Source: Pecten maximus
Taxonomy: Eukaryota
NCBI RefSeq assembly: GCF_902652985.1
Contig: NC_047023.1
Coordinates: 41,540,001-41,604,000, forward strand
Direction: 5' to 3'
DNA: 64,000 nt
In this document: positions 24,401-33,532 of the stretch, in pieces
Layout of the letters: every line of letters begins with the position of its first letter
How positions within the stretch are numbered: position 1 is the first letter of the stretch
Notes under the pieces: model-generated
Told to the model about the DNA's origin: nothing
Databases searched by the model: none
What the model saw: the letters and a program-made list of their open reading frames with translations, nothing else
Position numbers and translations under genes: made by a program

Positions 24401-27400
24401 TACTGACACAAGTAAGTCAGTAACATTCTGGATACTGACACAGGTAAGTCAGTAACATTCTGGATACCGACACAGGTAAGCCAGTAACATTCTGGATACC
24501 GACACAGGTAAGTCAGTAACATTCTGGATACTGACACAAGTAAGTCAGTAACATTCTGGATACTGACACAGGTAAGTCAGTCACATTCTGGATACCGACA
24601 CAGATAAGTCAGTAACATTCTGGATACTAACACAAGTAAGTCAGTAACATTCTGGATACTGACACAGGTAAGTCAGTAACATTCTGGATACTGACACAGG
24701 TAAGTCAGTAACATTCTGGATACTGACACAAGTAAGTCAGTAACATTCTGGATACTGACACAGGTAAGCCAGTCACATTCTGGATACTGACACAAGTAAG
24801 TCAGTAACATTCTGGATACTGACACAGGTAAGCCAGTCACATTCTGGAGACTGACACAGATAAGTCAGTACATTCTGGATACTGACACAAGTAAGTCAGT
24901 AACATTCTGGATACTGACACAGGTAAGTCAGTAACATTCTGGATACTGACACAGGTAAGTCAGTCACATTCTGGATACTGATACAAGTAAGTCAGTAACA
25001 TTCTGGATACTGACACAGGTAAGCCAGTAACATTCTGGATACCGACACAGGTAAGCCAGTAACATTCTGGATACCGACACAGGTAAGTCAGTAACATTCT
25101 GGATACCGACACAGGTAAGCCAGTAACATTCTGGATACCGACACAGATAAGTCAGTCACATTCTGGATACTGACACAAGTAAGCCAGTCACATTCTGGAT
25201 ACTGACACAAGTAAGTCAGTAACATTCTGGATACTGACACAGGTAAGCCAGTCACATTCTGGATACTGACACAGGTAAGCCAGTAACATTCTGGATACTG
25301 ACACAAGTAAGTCAGTAACATTCTGGATACCGACACAGATAAGTCAGTAACATTCTGGATACTGACACAAGTAAACCAGTAACATTCTGGATACTGACAC
25401 AGGTAAGTCAGTAACATTCTGGATACTGACACAGGTAAGCCAGTAACATTCTGGATACCGACACAGGTAAGTCAGTAACATTCTGGATACTGACACAGAT
25501 AAGTCAGTAACATTCTGGATACTGACACAGGTAAGTCAGTAACATTCTGGATACTGACACAAGTAAGTCAGTAACATTCTGGATACCGACACAGATAAGC
25601 CAGTAACATTCTGGATACCGACACAGGTAAGTCAGTAACATTCTGGATACTAACACAAGTAAGTCAGTAACATTCTGGATACTGACACAGGTAAGTCAGT
25701 AACATTCTGGATACCGACACAGGTAAGCCAGTAACATTCTGGATACCGACACAGGTAAGTCAGTAACATTCTGGATACTGACACAAGTAAGTCAGTAACA
25801 TTCTGGATACTGACACAGGTAAGTCAGTCACATTCTGGATACCGACACAGATAAGTCAGTAACATTCTGGATACTAACACAAGTAGGTCAGTAACATTCT
25901 GGATACTGACACAGGTAAGTCAGTAACATTCTGGATACTGACACAGGTAAGTCAGTAACATTCTGGATACTGACACAAGTAAGTCAGTAACATTCTGGAT
26001 ACTGACACAGGTAAGCCAGTCACATTCTGGATACTGACACAAGTAAGTCAGTAACATTCTGGATACTGACACAGGTAAGCCAGTCACATTCTGGATACTG
26101 ACACAGGTAAGCCAGTAACATTCTGGATACTGACACAAGTAAGTCAGTAACATTCTGGATACCGACACAGATAAGTCAGTAACATTCTGGATACTGACAC
26201 AAGTAAGCCAGTAACATTCTGGATACTGACACAGGTAAGTCAGTAACATTCTGGATACTGACACAGGTAAGTCAGTAACATTCTGGATACTGACACAAGT
26301 AAGTCAGTAACATTCTGGATACTGACACAGGTAAGCCAGTAACATTCTGGATACTGACACAAGTAAGTCAGTAACATTCTGGATACTGACACAGGTAAGT
26401 CAGTAACATTCTGGATACCGACACAGGTAAGCCAGTAACATTCTGGATACCGACACAGGTAAGTCAGTAACATTCTGGATACTGACACAAGTAAGTCAGT
26501 AACATTCTGGATACTGACACAGGTAAGCCAGTAACATTCTGGATACCGACACAGATAAGTCAGTCACATTCTGGATACTGATACACGTAAGTCAGTAACA
26601 TTCTGGATACCGACACAAGTAAGCCAGTAACATTCTGGATACCGACACAGATAAGTCAGTCACATTCTGGACACTGATACACGTAAGTCAGTAACATTCT
26701 GGATACCGACACAGGTAAGCCAGTAACATTCTGGATACCGACACAGATAAGTCAGTCACATTCTGGATACTGACACAAGTAAGTCAGTAACATTCTGGAT
26801 ACTGACACAGGTAAGCCAGTAACATTCTGGACACTGATACAAGTAAGTCAGTAACATTCTGGATACCGACACAGATAAGCCAGTAACATTCTGGACACCC
26901 GACACAGGTAAGCCAGTAACATTCTGGACACTGATACAAGTAAGTCAGTAACATTCTGGATACCGACACAGGTAAGTCAGTCACATTCTGGATACCGACA
27001 CAGGTAAGCCAGTAACATTCTGGATACCGACACAGATAAGTCAGTAACATTCTGGATACCGACACAGATAAGTCAGTAACATTCTGGATACTGACACAGG
27101 TAAGCCAGTAATAACTGCGAGTTGAAATCTCAAATATTGAATTATTTTACTAGCAAATATTTTCCTATGACATGATTATGCAAAGATGATTGGAAAAGTG
27201 CATGGTCAAGGTGGAGGACATTGGTTCAAAGGTCAAGGACAAGTCAGATGTCAAAGTTTAATTTTTTGCCTCTGAAATGTTTTTTGTAGCAATATTACAA
27301 ATGCAAAAAATTAATTGAAATCAAACAAGGAATTGTATTATTAAAACAAGGGTAAGACATCCAGATCTTATTGATTACCCCCTACCCTGTAGATATTTTA

Positions 27401-28675
27401 TAATGAACACTTACAATAGAGGCATTAGCCTGTTTCCCAATTTCCATTTAGTTTAGATATTCAGTAAAATCTTTGTGAAATGAAAAAGGAGTAAAAGGTT
27501 AAGACTTAATTTTATGTTCATAAAAACAGTTTCAAACTTCTTTTTTTATCATACTTTAGCACAAGAAGAGACTAGCACATGTTATATTGTCAAAAATCTG
27601 GAAATAATATAGAATCTTTGAATTGATTTCTCTCTCCCATATTTTTTTAGGTCAAAGAGATCTGCGTAACATACACTTCCTCATCACCAATAACTTCCTG
27701 TGGCTGGAACATCATCTTGACATCCAATATGTGCTGCCCCCTGGTGACAACAAACCACTTCCTGTTTTCACCACCAACATGAAGTCTACAGCACAGAGAG
27801 AATTTGACCCGGCAAAGGAGTTTGATTTGATCGGAACTCGGAAGTTTGATCATGTATGACTTCTCATTGTTTTCACCACATTTTTATTCCACTTTTATGT
27901 ATTTGTATTTCGTGTGATAAGTTCTTTCATAAATCTAATTCAAACCAGATCATTATTTGAGTATTTGAGAGAAGAAGATTAAACTTACCCTCCAACTCCC
28001 TGAATCAGTGTATGAATATTTGCTGTGTCGAAAGTAGCTCATGAGCTCCTTAAAATGATTAGTTCATGTCCTTACCATAAAGTCATAACATCAAATTCTA
28101 CACCTATTATATTTTGGTGGAAGGTTGAACGGTCAATAGTCACAATTGACCACTTTAAAAAGAAAGAAACACAAAAAATGCTTCATAACTATTAATATGT
28201 AAAAGACATCTCATGGATTTCTCAACATATTTTTATGTCATAATTTGGTTACAAGAACTTCTGCTTCTGATTATTAGATTTTCATGGTTATTGGTCAGGA
28301 TTAAATGGTTCGAGGTAATACTTTATAATATTACGGTTTGATAGATGCCTACACCATTTTACTGGCACAGTGAGTGGGGATATATCGATACGAGAACCAA
28401 CTTGTTGGTTTTTGTTATGTAAATATGATCAGATTGCTTGAACTTGAAAGAACTGACTCCATATTAACATGTTTTTACAGGAGACAATCAGGAACTTTAC
28501 AATACAATGGCAACAACTGCTTCAGTCCGACCTCGGTCTCAGTGAGTTTGGATTCCGGACACTTCTCTACAATCGGCATGAGATGCAGGACGGAGCTTAT
28601 CTCGAGGAAAATGAAAAGAAACCAGTTGAAGTTTTACGATCTGCATATGAAAATGAAGCAAGGGAACTCGGATGA
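324..28675 (+). CDS. KIAA0825: KIAA0825 (C5orf36/DUF4495)-like protein, 5'-partial spliced gene, 21 coding exons in window
   Basis: Exons: 324-495, 1071-1986, 2370-2513, 8563-8792, 9394-9537, 10947-11068, 11428-11581, 13939-14129, 14580-14759, 14955-15092, 15443-15533, 15888-16120, 18219-18273, 18979-19031, 19148-19291, 19468-19628, 21852-21993, 22708-22810, 23380-23483, 27651-27853, 28481-28675. All introns are GT-AG with consistent phases except for 1 extra nt in 19148-19291. Peptides [57 protein letters not shown] and FRTLLYNRHEM resemble my recall of human KIAA0825 ([67 protein letters not shown]). Confidence 0.85.
1071..1986 (+). CDS. KIAA0825: KIAA0825-like exon b (SGSLEQHP...KRKGSLR)
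   Basis: tttgtaacag acceptor; contains ORF 1125-1997; G|gtaagt donor. Confidence 0.9.
2370..2513 (+). CDS. KIAA0825: KIAA0825-like exon c (VLKTSSSPEP...TDNMPAPK)
   Basis: tgtttag acceptor, phase 1-1, AAGG|gtacgt donor. Confidence 0.8.
2487..8156 (+). repeat. 44-bp tandem array (~130 copies) spanning the exon c donor
   Basis: Unit TCACAGACAACATGTCCCCTCCCAAGG|GTACGTACATATTACAG with 42/43-bp variants; copy 1 is the real exon end plus donor. Confidence 0.97.
8563..8792 (+). CDS. KIAA0825: KIAA0825-like exon d (VEKARAEERLRWEW...YPKSITK)
   Basis: tttccgacag acceptor, in frame with ORF 8565-8831, AAG|gtagga donor. Confidence 0.85.
8760..9270 (+). repeat. ~40-bp degenerate tandem array (~12 copies) spanning the exon d donor
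   Basis: Unit GACTATCCCAAATCTATCACTAAG|GTAGGTAGGGAAGGTG; first copy is the exon end. Confidence 0.92.
9394..9537 (+). CDS. KIAA0825: KIAA0825-like exon e (SVLDFMNELD...HVHLTK)
   Basis: ctctgtag acceptor, 144 nt open, AAG|gtatga donor. Confidence 0.85.
9840..10140. repeat. Intronic minisatellite, 23/31-bp units
   Basis: CTGCTAAT(CAGATAT)TCTCAGTGATTTTCT repeated. Confidence 0.85.
10320..10856. repeat. 76-bp tandem repeat, ~7 near-identical copies
   Basis: TTATAATGGG recurs at 10321, 10397, 10473 and onward. Confidence 0.95.
10947..11068 (+). CDS. KIAA0825: KIAA0825-like exon f (LSGDIPRNAPMKSLY...PEES)
   Basis: tttgcag acceptor, AG|gtatgt donor (phase 2). Confidence 0.87.
11256..11451 (+). 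repeat. 60/66-bp triplication spanning the exon g acceptor
   Basis: ...TGTATGTT(T/G)ACAG|TAA(A/G)AAGGTGTTCAC(A/C)GTGCTGTA x3; AG at 11300, 11366 and 11426. Confidence 0.9.
11428..11581 (+). CDS. KIAA0825: KIAA0825-like exon g (KKVFTVLYKQYEE...TKEFFE)
   Basis: ttgacag acceptor, GAG|gttaga donor, conserved ATSILHD..NW motif. Confidence 0.9.
11705..13779 (+). mobile_element. Non-autonomous Helentron-associated element (HINE/DINE-1/pearl-like) carrying ~11 copies of a 157-bp repeat
   Basis: T-rich ends; sub-TIR GCTCACCTGG (11711) / CCAGGTGAGC (13744); 5' hairpin AGCTCACC..GGTGAGCT; (GTCC/GTC)n microsatellite ~11755-11818; 157-bp period (11831, 11988, 12145); 3' palindrome AGGCCCCATGGGCCT. Confidence 0.88.
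13939..14129 (+). CDS. KIAA0825: KIAA0825-like exon h ([11 protein letters not shown]...RRTEQY)
   Basis: ttttgcag acceptor, AG|gtaagt donor; most recognisable conserved block. Confidence 0.92.
14212..14352. repeat. Short degenerate ~45-bp repeat x3
   Basis: CTTTACGAAA..CACTAATATAAGTGATAAAGA recurs. Confidence 0.6.
14580..14759 (+). CDS. KIAA0825: KIAA0825-like exon i (TDVLSILLCM...SPLDILY)
   Basis: ttcatttag acceptor, AA|gtaagt donor, phase 2-2. Confidence 0.88.
14955..15092 (+). CDS. KIAA0825: KIAA0825-like exon j (VFKRGFYD...WLSWIQPTIFQAGHK)
   Basis: gttcaag acceptor, CA|gtgagt donor, phase 2-2. Confidence 0.82.
15443..15533 (+). CDS. KIAA0825: KIAA0825-like exon k (YDDMQ...LLLSQPEIDWAMIVK)
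   Basis: tgtgtag acceptor, AAG|gtacta donor. Confidence 0.85.
15888..16120 (+). CDS. KIAA0825: KIAA0825-like exon l (ALVMKNFTLP...IVPVID)
   Basis: acttcag acceptor, CG|gtatgt donor. Confidence 0.85.
16102..17411 (+). repeat. Compound tandem array spanning the exon l donor, interrupted by a duplicated gene segment
   Basis: TAGTCCCAGTAATCGATCG|GTATGTGTCTCGACTATTGTATACTTT(A/G)TATTTATCAG alternating with shorter intron-only TGTGTCTCGAC... subunits. Confidence 0.92.
16191..16669 (+). other. Intragenic duplication of 15466-15953 (3' part of exon k + intron + 5' part of exon l)
   Basis: Near-identical sequence; junction microhomologies CAG and TAT with the flanking repeat. Confidence 0.93.
17456..18045. 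repeat. ~20-22-bp degenerate minisatellite
   Basis: GGCTTATTACCAGACATA-like units. Confidence 0.88.
18219..18273 (+). CDS. KIAA0825: KIAA0825-like exon m (CEHWVYMETKHLPGRDFD)
   Basis: ctttacag acceptor, GAT|gtatgt donor, phases fit. Confidence 0.8.
18474..18713. repeat. 61-bp AT-rich tandem repeat x4
   Basis: CATTTAATTT at 18481, 18542, 18603 and 18664. Confidence 0.9.
18979..19031 (+). CDS. KIAA0825: KIAA0825-like exon n (IPVWMYTIFDLMEPFVL)
   Basis: acttatag acceptor, AG|gttagt donor. Confidence 0.8.
19148..19291 (+). CDS. KIAA0825: KIAA0825-like exon o with apparent +1 frameshift (VLKPVLEYLVTSD / ALGHQIRPVMTVLAELPCGC...KFD)
   Basis: ttgacag acceptor and G|gttagt donor; entry frame stops at 19230-19232, exit frame is open only from 19180. 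Confidence 0.7.
19468..19628 (+). CDS. KIAA0825: KIAA0825-like exon p (NKEFIDVSLR...HKCVSLK)
   Basis: gatccag acceptor, AAG|gtaagt donor. Confidence 0.85.
19578..21227 (+). repeat. 61-bp tandem array (~27 almost identical copies) spanning the exon p donor
   Basis: Unit GAAGGGAATCAAGTCACCCCACAAATGTGTCAGCCTCAAG|GTAAGTCAGCCAGTGTACGAC. Confidence 0.97.
21852..21993 (+). CDS. KIAA0825: KIAA0825-like exon q (IIASCLKCKL...STLVYTK)
   Basis: gttcag acceptor, T|gtgagt donor. Confidence 0.85.
22003..22634 (+). repeat. 39-41-bp tandem array starting 9 nt after the exon q donor (~15 copies)
   Basis: CAGACTAACAAGGTTCTACTGTACA(C/T)ACAAACCA(AA)GTGTC. Confidence 0.92.
22708..22810 (+). CDS. KIAA0825: KIAA0825-like exon r (KSQGTPRL...GSYISS)
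   Basis: gttttag acceptor, GA|gtgagt donor. Confidence 0.85.
23380..23483 (+). CDS. KIAA0825: KIAA0825-like exon s (IFETDDSN...SNILDTDT)
   Basis: tttaacag acceptor, ACAG|gtaagt donor. Confidence 0.85.
23459..27110 (+). repeat. 32-bp tandem array (~114 copies) spanning the exon s donor
   Basis: Unit AGTAACATTCTGGATACTGACACAG|GTAAGTC. Confidence 0.97.
27651..27853 (+). CDS. KIAA0825: KIAA0825-like exon t (QRDLRNIHF...TRKFDH)
   Basis: tttttttag acceptor, CAT|gtatga donor. Confidence 0.87.
28481..28675 (+). CDS. KIAA0825: KIAA0825-like terminal coding exon (ETIRNFTIQWQQLL...ARELG*)
   Basis: tttttacag acceptor, TGA at 28673-28675; AATAAA candidates downstream (~28844, ~31675). Confidence 0.88.
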   Translation, partial: ETIRNFTIQWQQLLQSDLGLSEFGFRTLLYNRHEMQDGAYLEENEKKPVEVLRSAYENEARELG

Positions 28676-31600
28676 GGGATTTATCAAGTGGAAAATTGTT
28701 TCCGAAATCAATGACTAATGTTAATACATATTTTAGAATCTTTAGTGCCATGTAATAGGTGATACAAACTTACAAACGTAGTGCTGCTGTTTTGTTTATT
28801 CTATAAAATCTTCAACATGGGCACAACTTTGTGACTTTCATAAAATAAAAATCAATTTGTACATGTTATATCAGCATTGCCTAAGTTGTAACGGAGAATT
28901 GTTGAATATTGAAACTGAATTAATAGTTCAAAAATATTCCGCAGGAAGATAGCAAAAACTGCTTTAAGAAGAAAAACAGCTTTAACATAAAATACTATTA
29001 ACAAATCAACAGATTTGGTACCTTGTTATGTGTATTTTAGTCATGATCTAGTCCCGTTTTGAATTCTATAGTGAATCTTTTCTGTAACTATGTTCCATAT
29101 AATTATGTATATATAAACATTACCAAGAAATTAACTTGTTCCTGGATTTTTTCCCATCGTACAAGAATATATCTCCTTATTGTCAATTGTATTGAATATT
29201 TTCCTGTTTGAACTTGAATTACATGTGTTTAAACCTCCAAGTAGTGACATTGCGCTTGGTTGTAACAAAGAATTTTTGTTTCTCTTTATAATGTCAATAG
29301 ATAATTAACATAATCAAATTATTATCAAAAGCTTATTGAGAAACTCACATATTTTATATTTTTATGTAGATAAATCTATATTTCCTGGATAGGCAAATGT
29401 ATTATTACAGAACTAGGCATTTTAACACATAAAATGATATTTAGTGATTTTAAATATCCAGATTTCCCAATTTTGTCCTTCTACGCAATATTGCAATGTT
29501 ACAGCTTCATGTACTTAAAAGATTTTACCATTAGCATTGAATGTAGAAGTATTTATATTAATTTTGGTCAGTTAGTCTGATGTGTATTAATACTCTATAT
29601 CTTTCTATAGATTCTCCCCGTATCTATTTATAACCTTTCCCTGTGTCTATTTATAGCTTTTTCAAGTTATATACAGTATATATTTATAGCTTTTCGCTTT
29701 ATTTATAGATTTCCCCAGGATCTATTTATAGCTGTACAGCAATTATTTATTACCACACATCATATTTTATGAAGCTCTGATAAATTAATTAATTTCTGTA
29801 AGTTATTTGTTATCCAGATGTTGTACCGTCCAAAATACCCAGTTGCTCAAGTATGAACCATTTATATTACCGGTATCTTGTGTAATGTTTTTGTTCTTTG
29901 AAAATTCTGTATGTGTATGTTCATTCTGACATTTTTCTTTTATCCAGATTGAAAACACATAATGATCATAGTTGTCAGGTTGGTACTGTGAACCAAACAT
30001 AATATAGTGTATTACATAATCAAGACTCCCTAAATCAGTTACTGAGGATCTACTCATATCTATATCTAATTGAATTATCAAGTAAATAGCTGTATAACAT
30101 TTTGGTAGTGATAAAACTGGCTGATATGGATGTAGTACATCGTAGTATAGGTTTGACATAGATCTGTAGTGTAGTATGATGAAACACAAAGATATTTTAT
30201 TTCAAATATCTGCGCAGTAATTAATATAGTGTTCTAATCTTTGTTAATGTATTTATTTTTGTTACAGTACTTTATAATAGATTCAACTCTCAAAACAGCT
30301 AATATACTAATATACATGTTTATTTAACATACATTGTAGTTTAATTTTCTAGATGCATGTTATAGTTAAAGATACTGTTTAAAACTTTTTGGGATATTTT
30401 AAACTTTTCGATATTGGTTTTTAAATAATTCTTTATGTCTTTTATTTAGCCTAAGGTATTTTCCTAATTTTTTTTTTTTTTTTTTTCTTTTTCGATTTTA
30501 CGTCCCTTTTGGCAGTTATCAGAAATAATTCATCACAACAATTTTGTATCCTTTTTAGCAGGTGTTGTTACTGTGGTCAATCCTTCCTTAAACAATTCTT
30601 TCTAGTGCTACTTGCCAAAAAATATTGGAAGGATCTTTTTGAAATATATCATGATTGTTCCTCATGATGCCACCCTTCTTCTTCATGTTATGTTTTAAAC
30701 TGATCAGTATATTGGTATTTATGAGAAACCATGACAGCCATCTTGAATTTTGTTGTTAAAAGTTTATTAGTGCTATTTCACAGAAAGTGAGATATTTTAA
30801 AGTTCTCAATGTAGATTTCCCCTGGCTTATAGCTGTGTATATTAAAGTAAAAGATAAGATGGAATTGGTTCGGCAAATCTGTATGCATTCTGTCACAATG
30901 GCGGGCTCCAAGATCCTTCTGGTAACACTAGTTATGAATTCCACACAGGAATCCCCTCCAAATCTACTAACTGTAATTAAAGTTTGTTATAAAAGTTTCT
31001 GACATCCTGTTTTTGAGATTAGCATGGATTTAAATTTGAGATTTCTATGTATCTAATACCATAATACTGCATTACCTTAACTTTTTGAGTGTTTTTATAT
31101 TGATCATAGTGTTGGCTACTCTAGCTATCACAAGAACTCCAGATCTATAACACTTGTTCATTGCAAATGTTGGGATCAAGAAGATACTGCCTACAAGAAA
31201 CGTTTGCCTTGTTTAACTGTCACCATTGCCCAATAGTAAGATTTAAGGGCAAATTTGATAATGTAACAAAAATTTCACAACGCTCTACCATAAACATTTC
31301 ACATAAATATGATCAATATGTGTTAAATGCATTGAAAAAACTTTTCTTTCATTAGGCAAAAGATTTCTTGGGCAAAAGAACCACTGCATTCACTTGAACA
31401 CTGAAAATCATGAAAAAGTAATTTATGAATCTTCAAAGTGTAGCAACTTATCAGTTTATCGTTTTTCCCGCCAAATAATTTATGGGGGGGATGTTTTTGT
31501 TGTCTCATGAAATGTTAAGACATATTTATACATTATTGTACAGAGACTTTATGACCTTGTTGAACATATGTTTTTGATGTGTAAATTGATAGTCTCCGAT

Positions 31601-31851
31601 CTGATGTTTTTTGTTGTTAACCTTAAGGATTGTTGTCTGTGATATCCATGATATTTATTACTAATTTATGACCAAATAAAGTACTTCCTCCTTACTCCTT
31701 GTTTGATTCACATGTATTTTCTACTGGGAAACAGCATATCACATATAAAAAGACACAAACTAGAATGTTAAGACACATGCTAACAAAGTACTCCCAATGT
31801 CGGCATTACATGAGGTCAACATCCATACTTATATTGTACACTGAATGTGTG

Positions 31852-32070
31852 CTCAGGCGGCACAGTTGTACACATTTCACCAAGGAGATGAGGGTTCAGT
31901 TCCCTGATAGGACATGAAAAGGTATGGTGGTCACTTCGCTGACCGTGTGGATTTTCTCTGAGTGCTTGGGTTTCCTCCCACAATAACACCCTTTGCACGC
32001 TTCCTTTAGGGCCAACTTGAGTGATTAATATGAGTTGTTATCACTTGTTTCGTAGCTGCTGTAAAAGCTA
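31852..32070 (+). mobile_element. Degenerate tRNA-derived SINE with V-domain-like core
   Basis: B-box-like GGGTTCAGTTCCC followed by GGATTTTCTCTGAGTGCTTGGGTTTCCTCCCACA, resembling the V-SINE core GGTTTTCTCCGGGTACTCCGGTTTCCTCCCAC. Confidence 0.6.
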
Positions 32071-32277
32071 GTTCACTGACCTCATACTTCTCTCCTGTCA
32101 GTCCCTGGATATGTTCCATATCCTTTCACTGCTAATCTAAGCCGCCTGCATTCCTATATTTTGTCAACAACATGTTCACATATTTGAGTTGGCTAGTTAG
32201 GCCTGTTTGGTGTCTCGTTACATCCAATGACAGTCAGATTGGAATAAAAAAGCATGACTTGATATGATCCACAATAG

Positions 32278-32330
32278 TTTGTTTGTTTAGGTTTTACGAC
32301 CCATCGACAGCTATGGTCATTTAGGGCCAA
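32278..32330 (-). mobile_element. SINE 3'-tail fragment
   Basis: (TTTG)n + TTTTACGACCCATCGACAGCTATGGTCATTTAGGG resembles the reverse-complemented tail of molluscan SINEs; a related copy lies at ~41755. Confidence 0.45.
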
Positions 32331-33411
32331 ACAAAATACTATTAATTAATTTCATTTGAGTATAAAAACATAAAAAAAATTGTTTAAAAGATTTGTACTG
32401 TAAATTTAGATCACTAAGATAAAAAAAAAAGTGGGTTAATATAATAAAAAATTCATATGGAATAGATTATGTGAACTTTGTGATGTATATATAACATCAA
32501 AGAGAGTAAGGTAAAAGAACATCAAAGTCGAATAGATACACAATAGTAAGCACCTTTGGGTTGATTATTTACAAACTCTGTGTAGATATCATGATTTCAA
32601 TAATAGATGTCTAATGTTCACAAAAAACACTTTTAGAACTGATCTAATTTTTTTAATTCAACAAAGGGTATACAATTATTCGGCTGAATCATGTGACAGA
32701 GTTGGACCTGATGAGAAATGTGTTGAAACTTTTCCTAATGTGTATGATTGAAATTCAGTATATAACTTAGTGAGTAGGAAGCTCCGTTCTTTACATATGT
32801 TTGATGAAAATTGAATTATGTGGGAAAAAATACTATACTATATTGAAAAAAAAAAATTATATATATAAAATTAAAAAAAAAAAGACTTGTGCTGGCTGAG
32901 AGTCGAACCCATTCTAATATATTGAAAGGAAGTGAATTTTTGTAGACTTGCTAAAGTTCAGAAATATATCATAAATGAACCAATTTTCATATAATAGTAC
33001 CGATTTGTATGCTTTTACTTTCCCGAAAAAAAACGCTGTTTTATCCTTTTTAAGTCGGAATTTAAGAACACAAGGGCGTATATAAGATGTTAACAAGTCT
33101 TTAAATGTGTATATGTGACACGAACGGGTAGCCAAATTCTATCTGATTAAATTGCGTGCTGTAAATTATACAACTGTAACTTCTAAATCAAATAAAAGAA
33201 TATGCAAACACCCTTACACACATATTTCGATATATTTTGTGTCAATAACATAGAATGTATGAGACGATGACATTAAAATTTACTTTGTTTACATTTGTAA
33301 AATGAACCCTTAGAGCCACTTAAAGATTACTTCCGCATTCTCGGAATGTTTCGCGTTTATCCATCGCTCTGCGAAGAGTCAAGTAAGTTCCTGTTAGAAA
33401 ATTAAATGAAA

Positions 33412-33532
33412 ATGGCTACCGACGGTTTACGAGTTGATAATCCACAAGATACCATAGAAGCGCTCAGTCGGGAGGCGGAGATGCTGAAGAAAAGACTTGA
33501 AGATGAAAAACAAAAACTAAAAGACATCGACA
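33412..33532 (+). CDS. GNB5: GNB5 exon 1 (MATDGL...KLKDID)
   Basis: Coiled-coil N-terminus; A|gtatga donor. Confidence 0.9.

Noticed and set aside
19578-27110. CRISPR-like appearance of the 32-61-bp repeats
   Set aside because: Head-to-tail units without unique spacers, no cas genes, and a eukaryotic intron context.
32885-32912. tRNA B-box-like motif (GGGTTCGACTC on the - strand)
   Set aside because: No A-box or cloverleaf; at most a SINE remnant.
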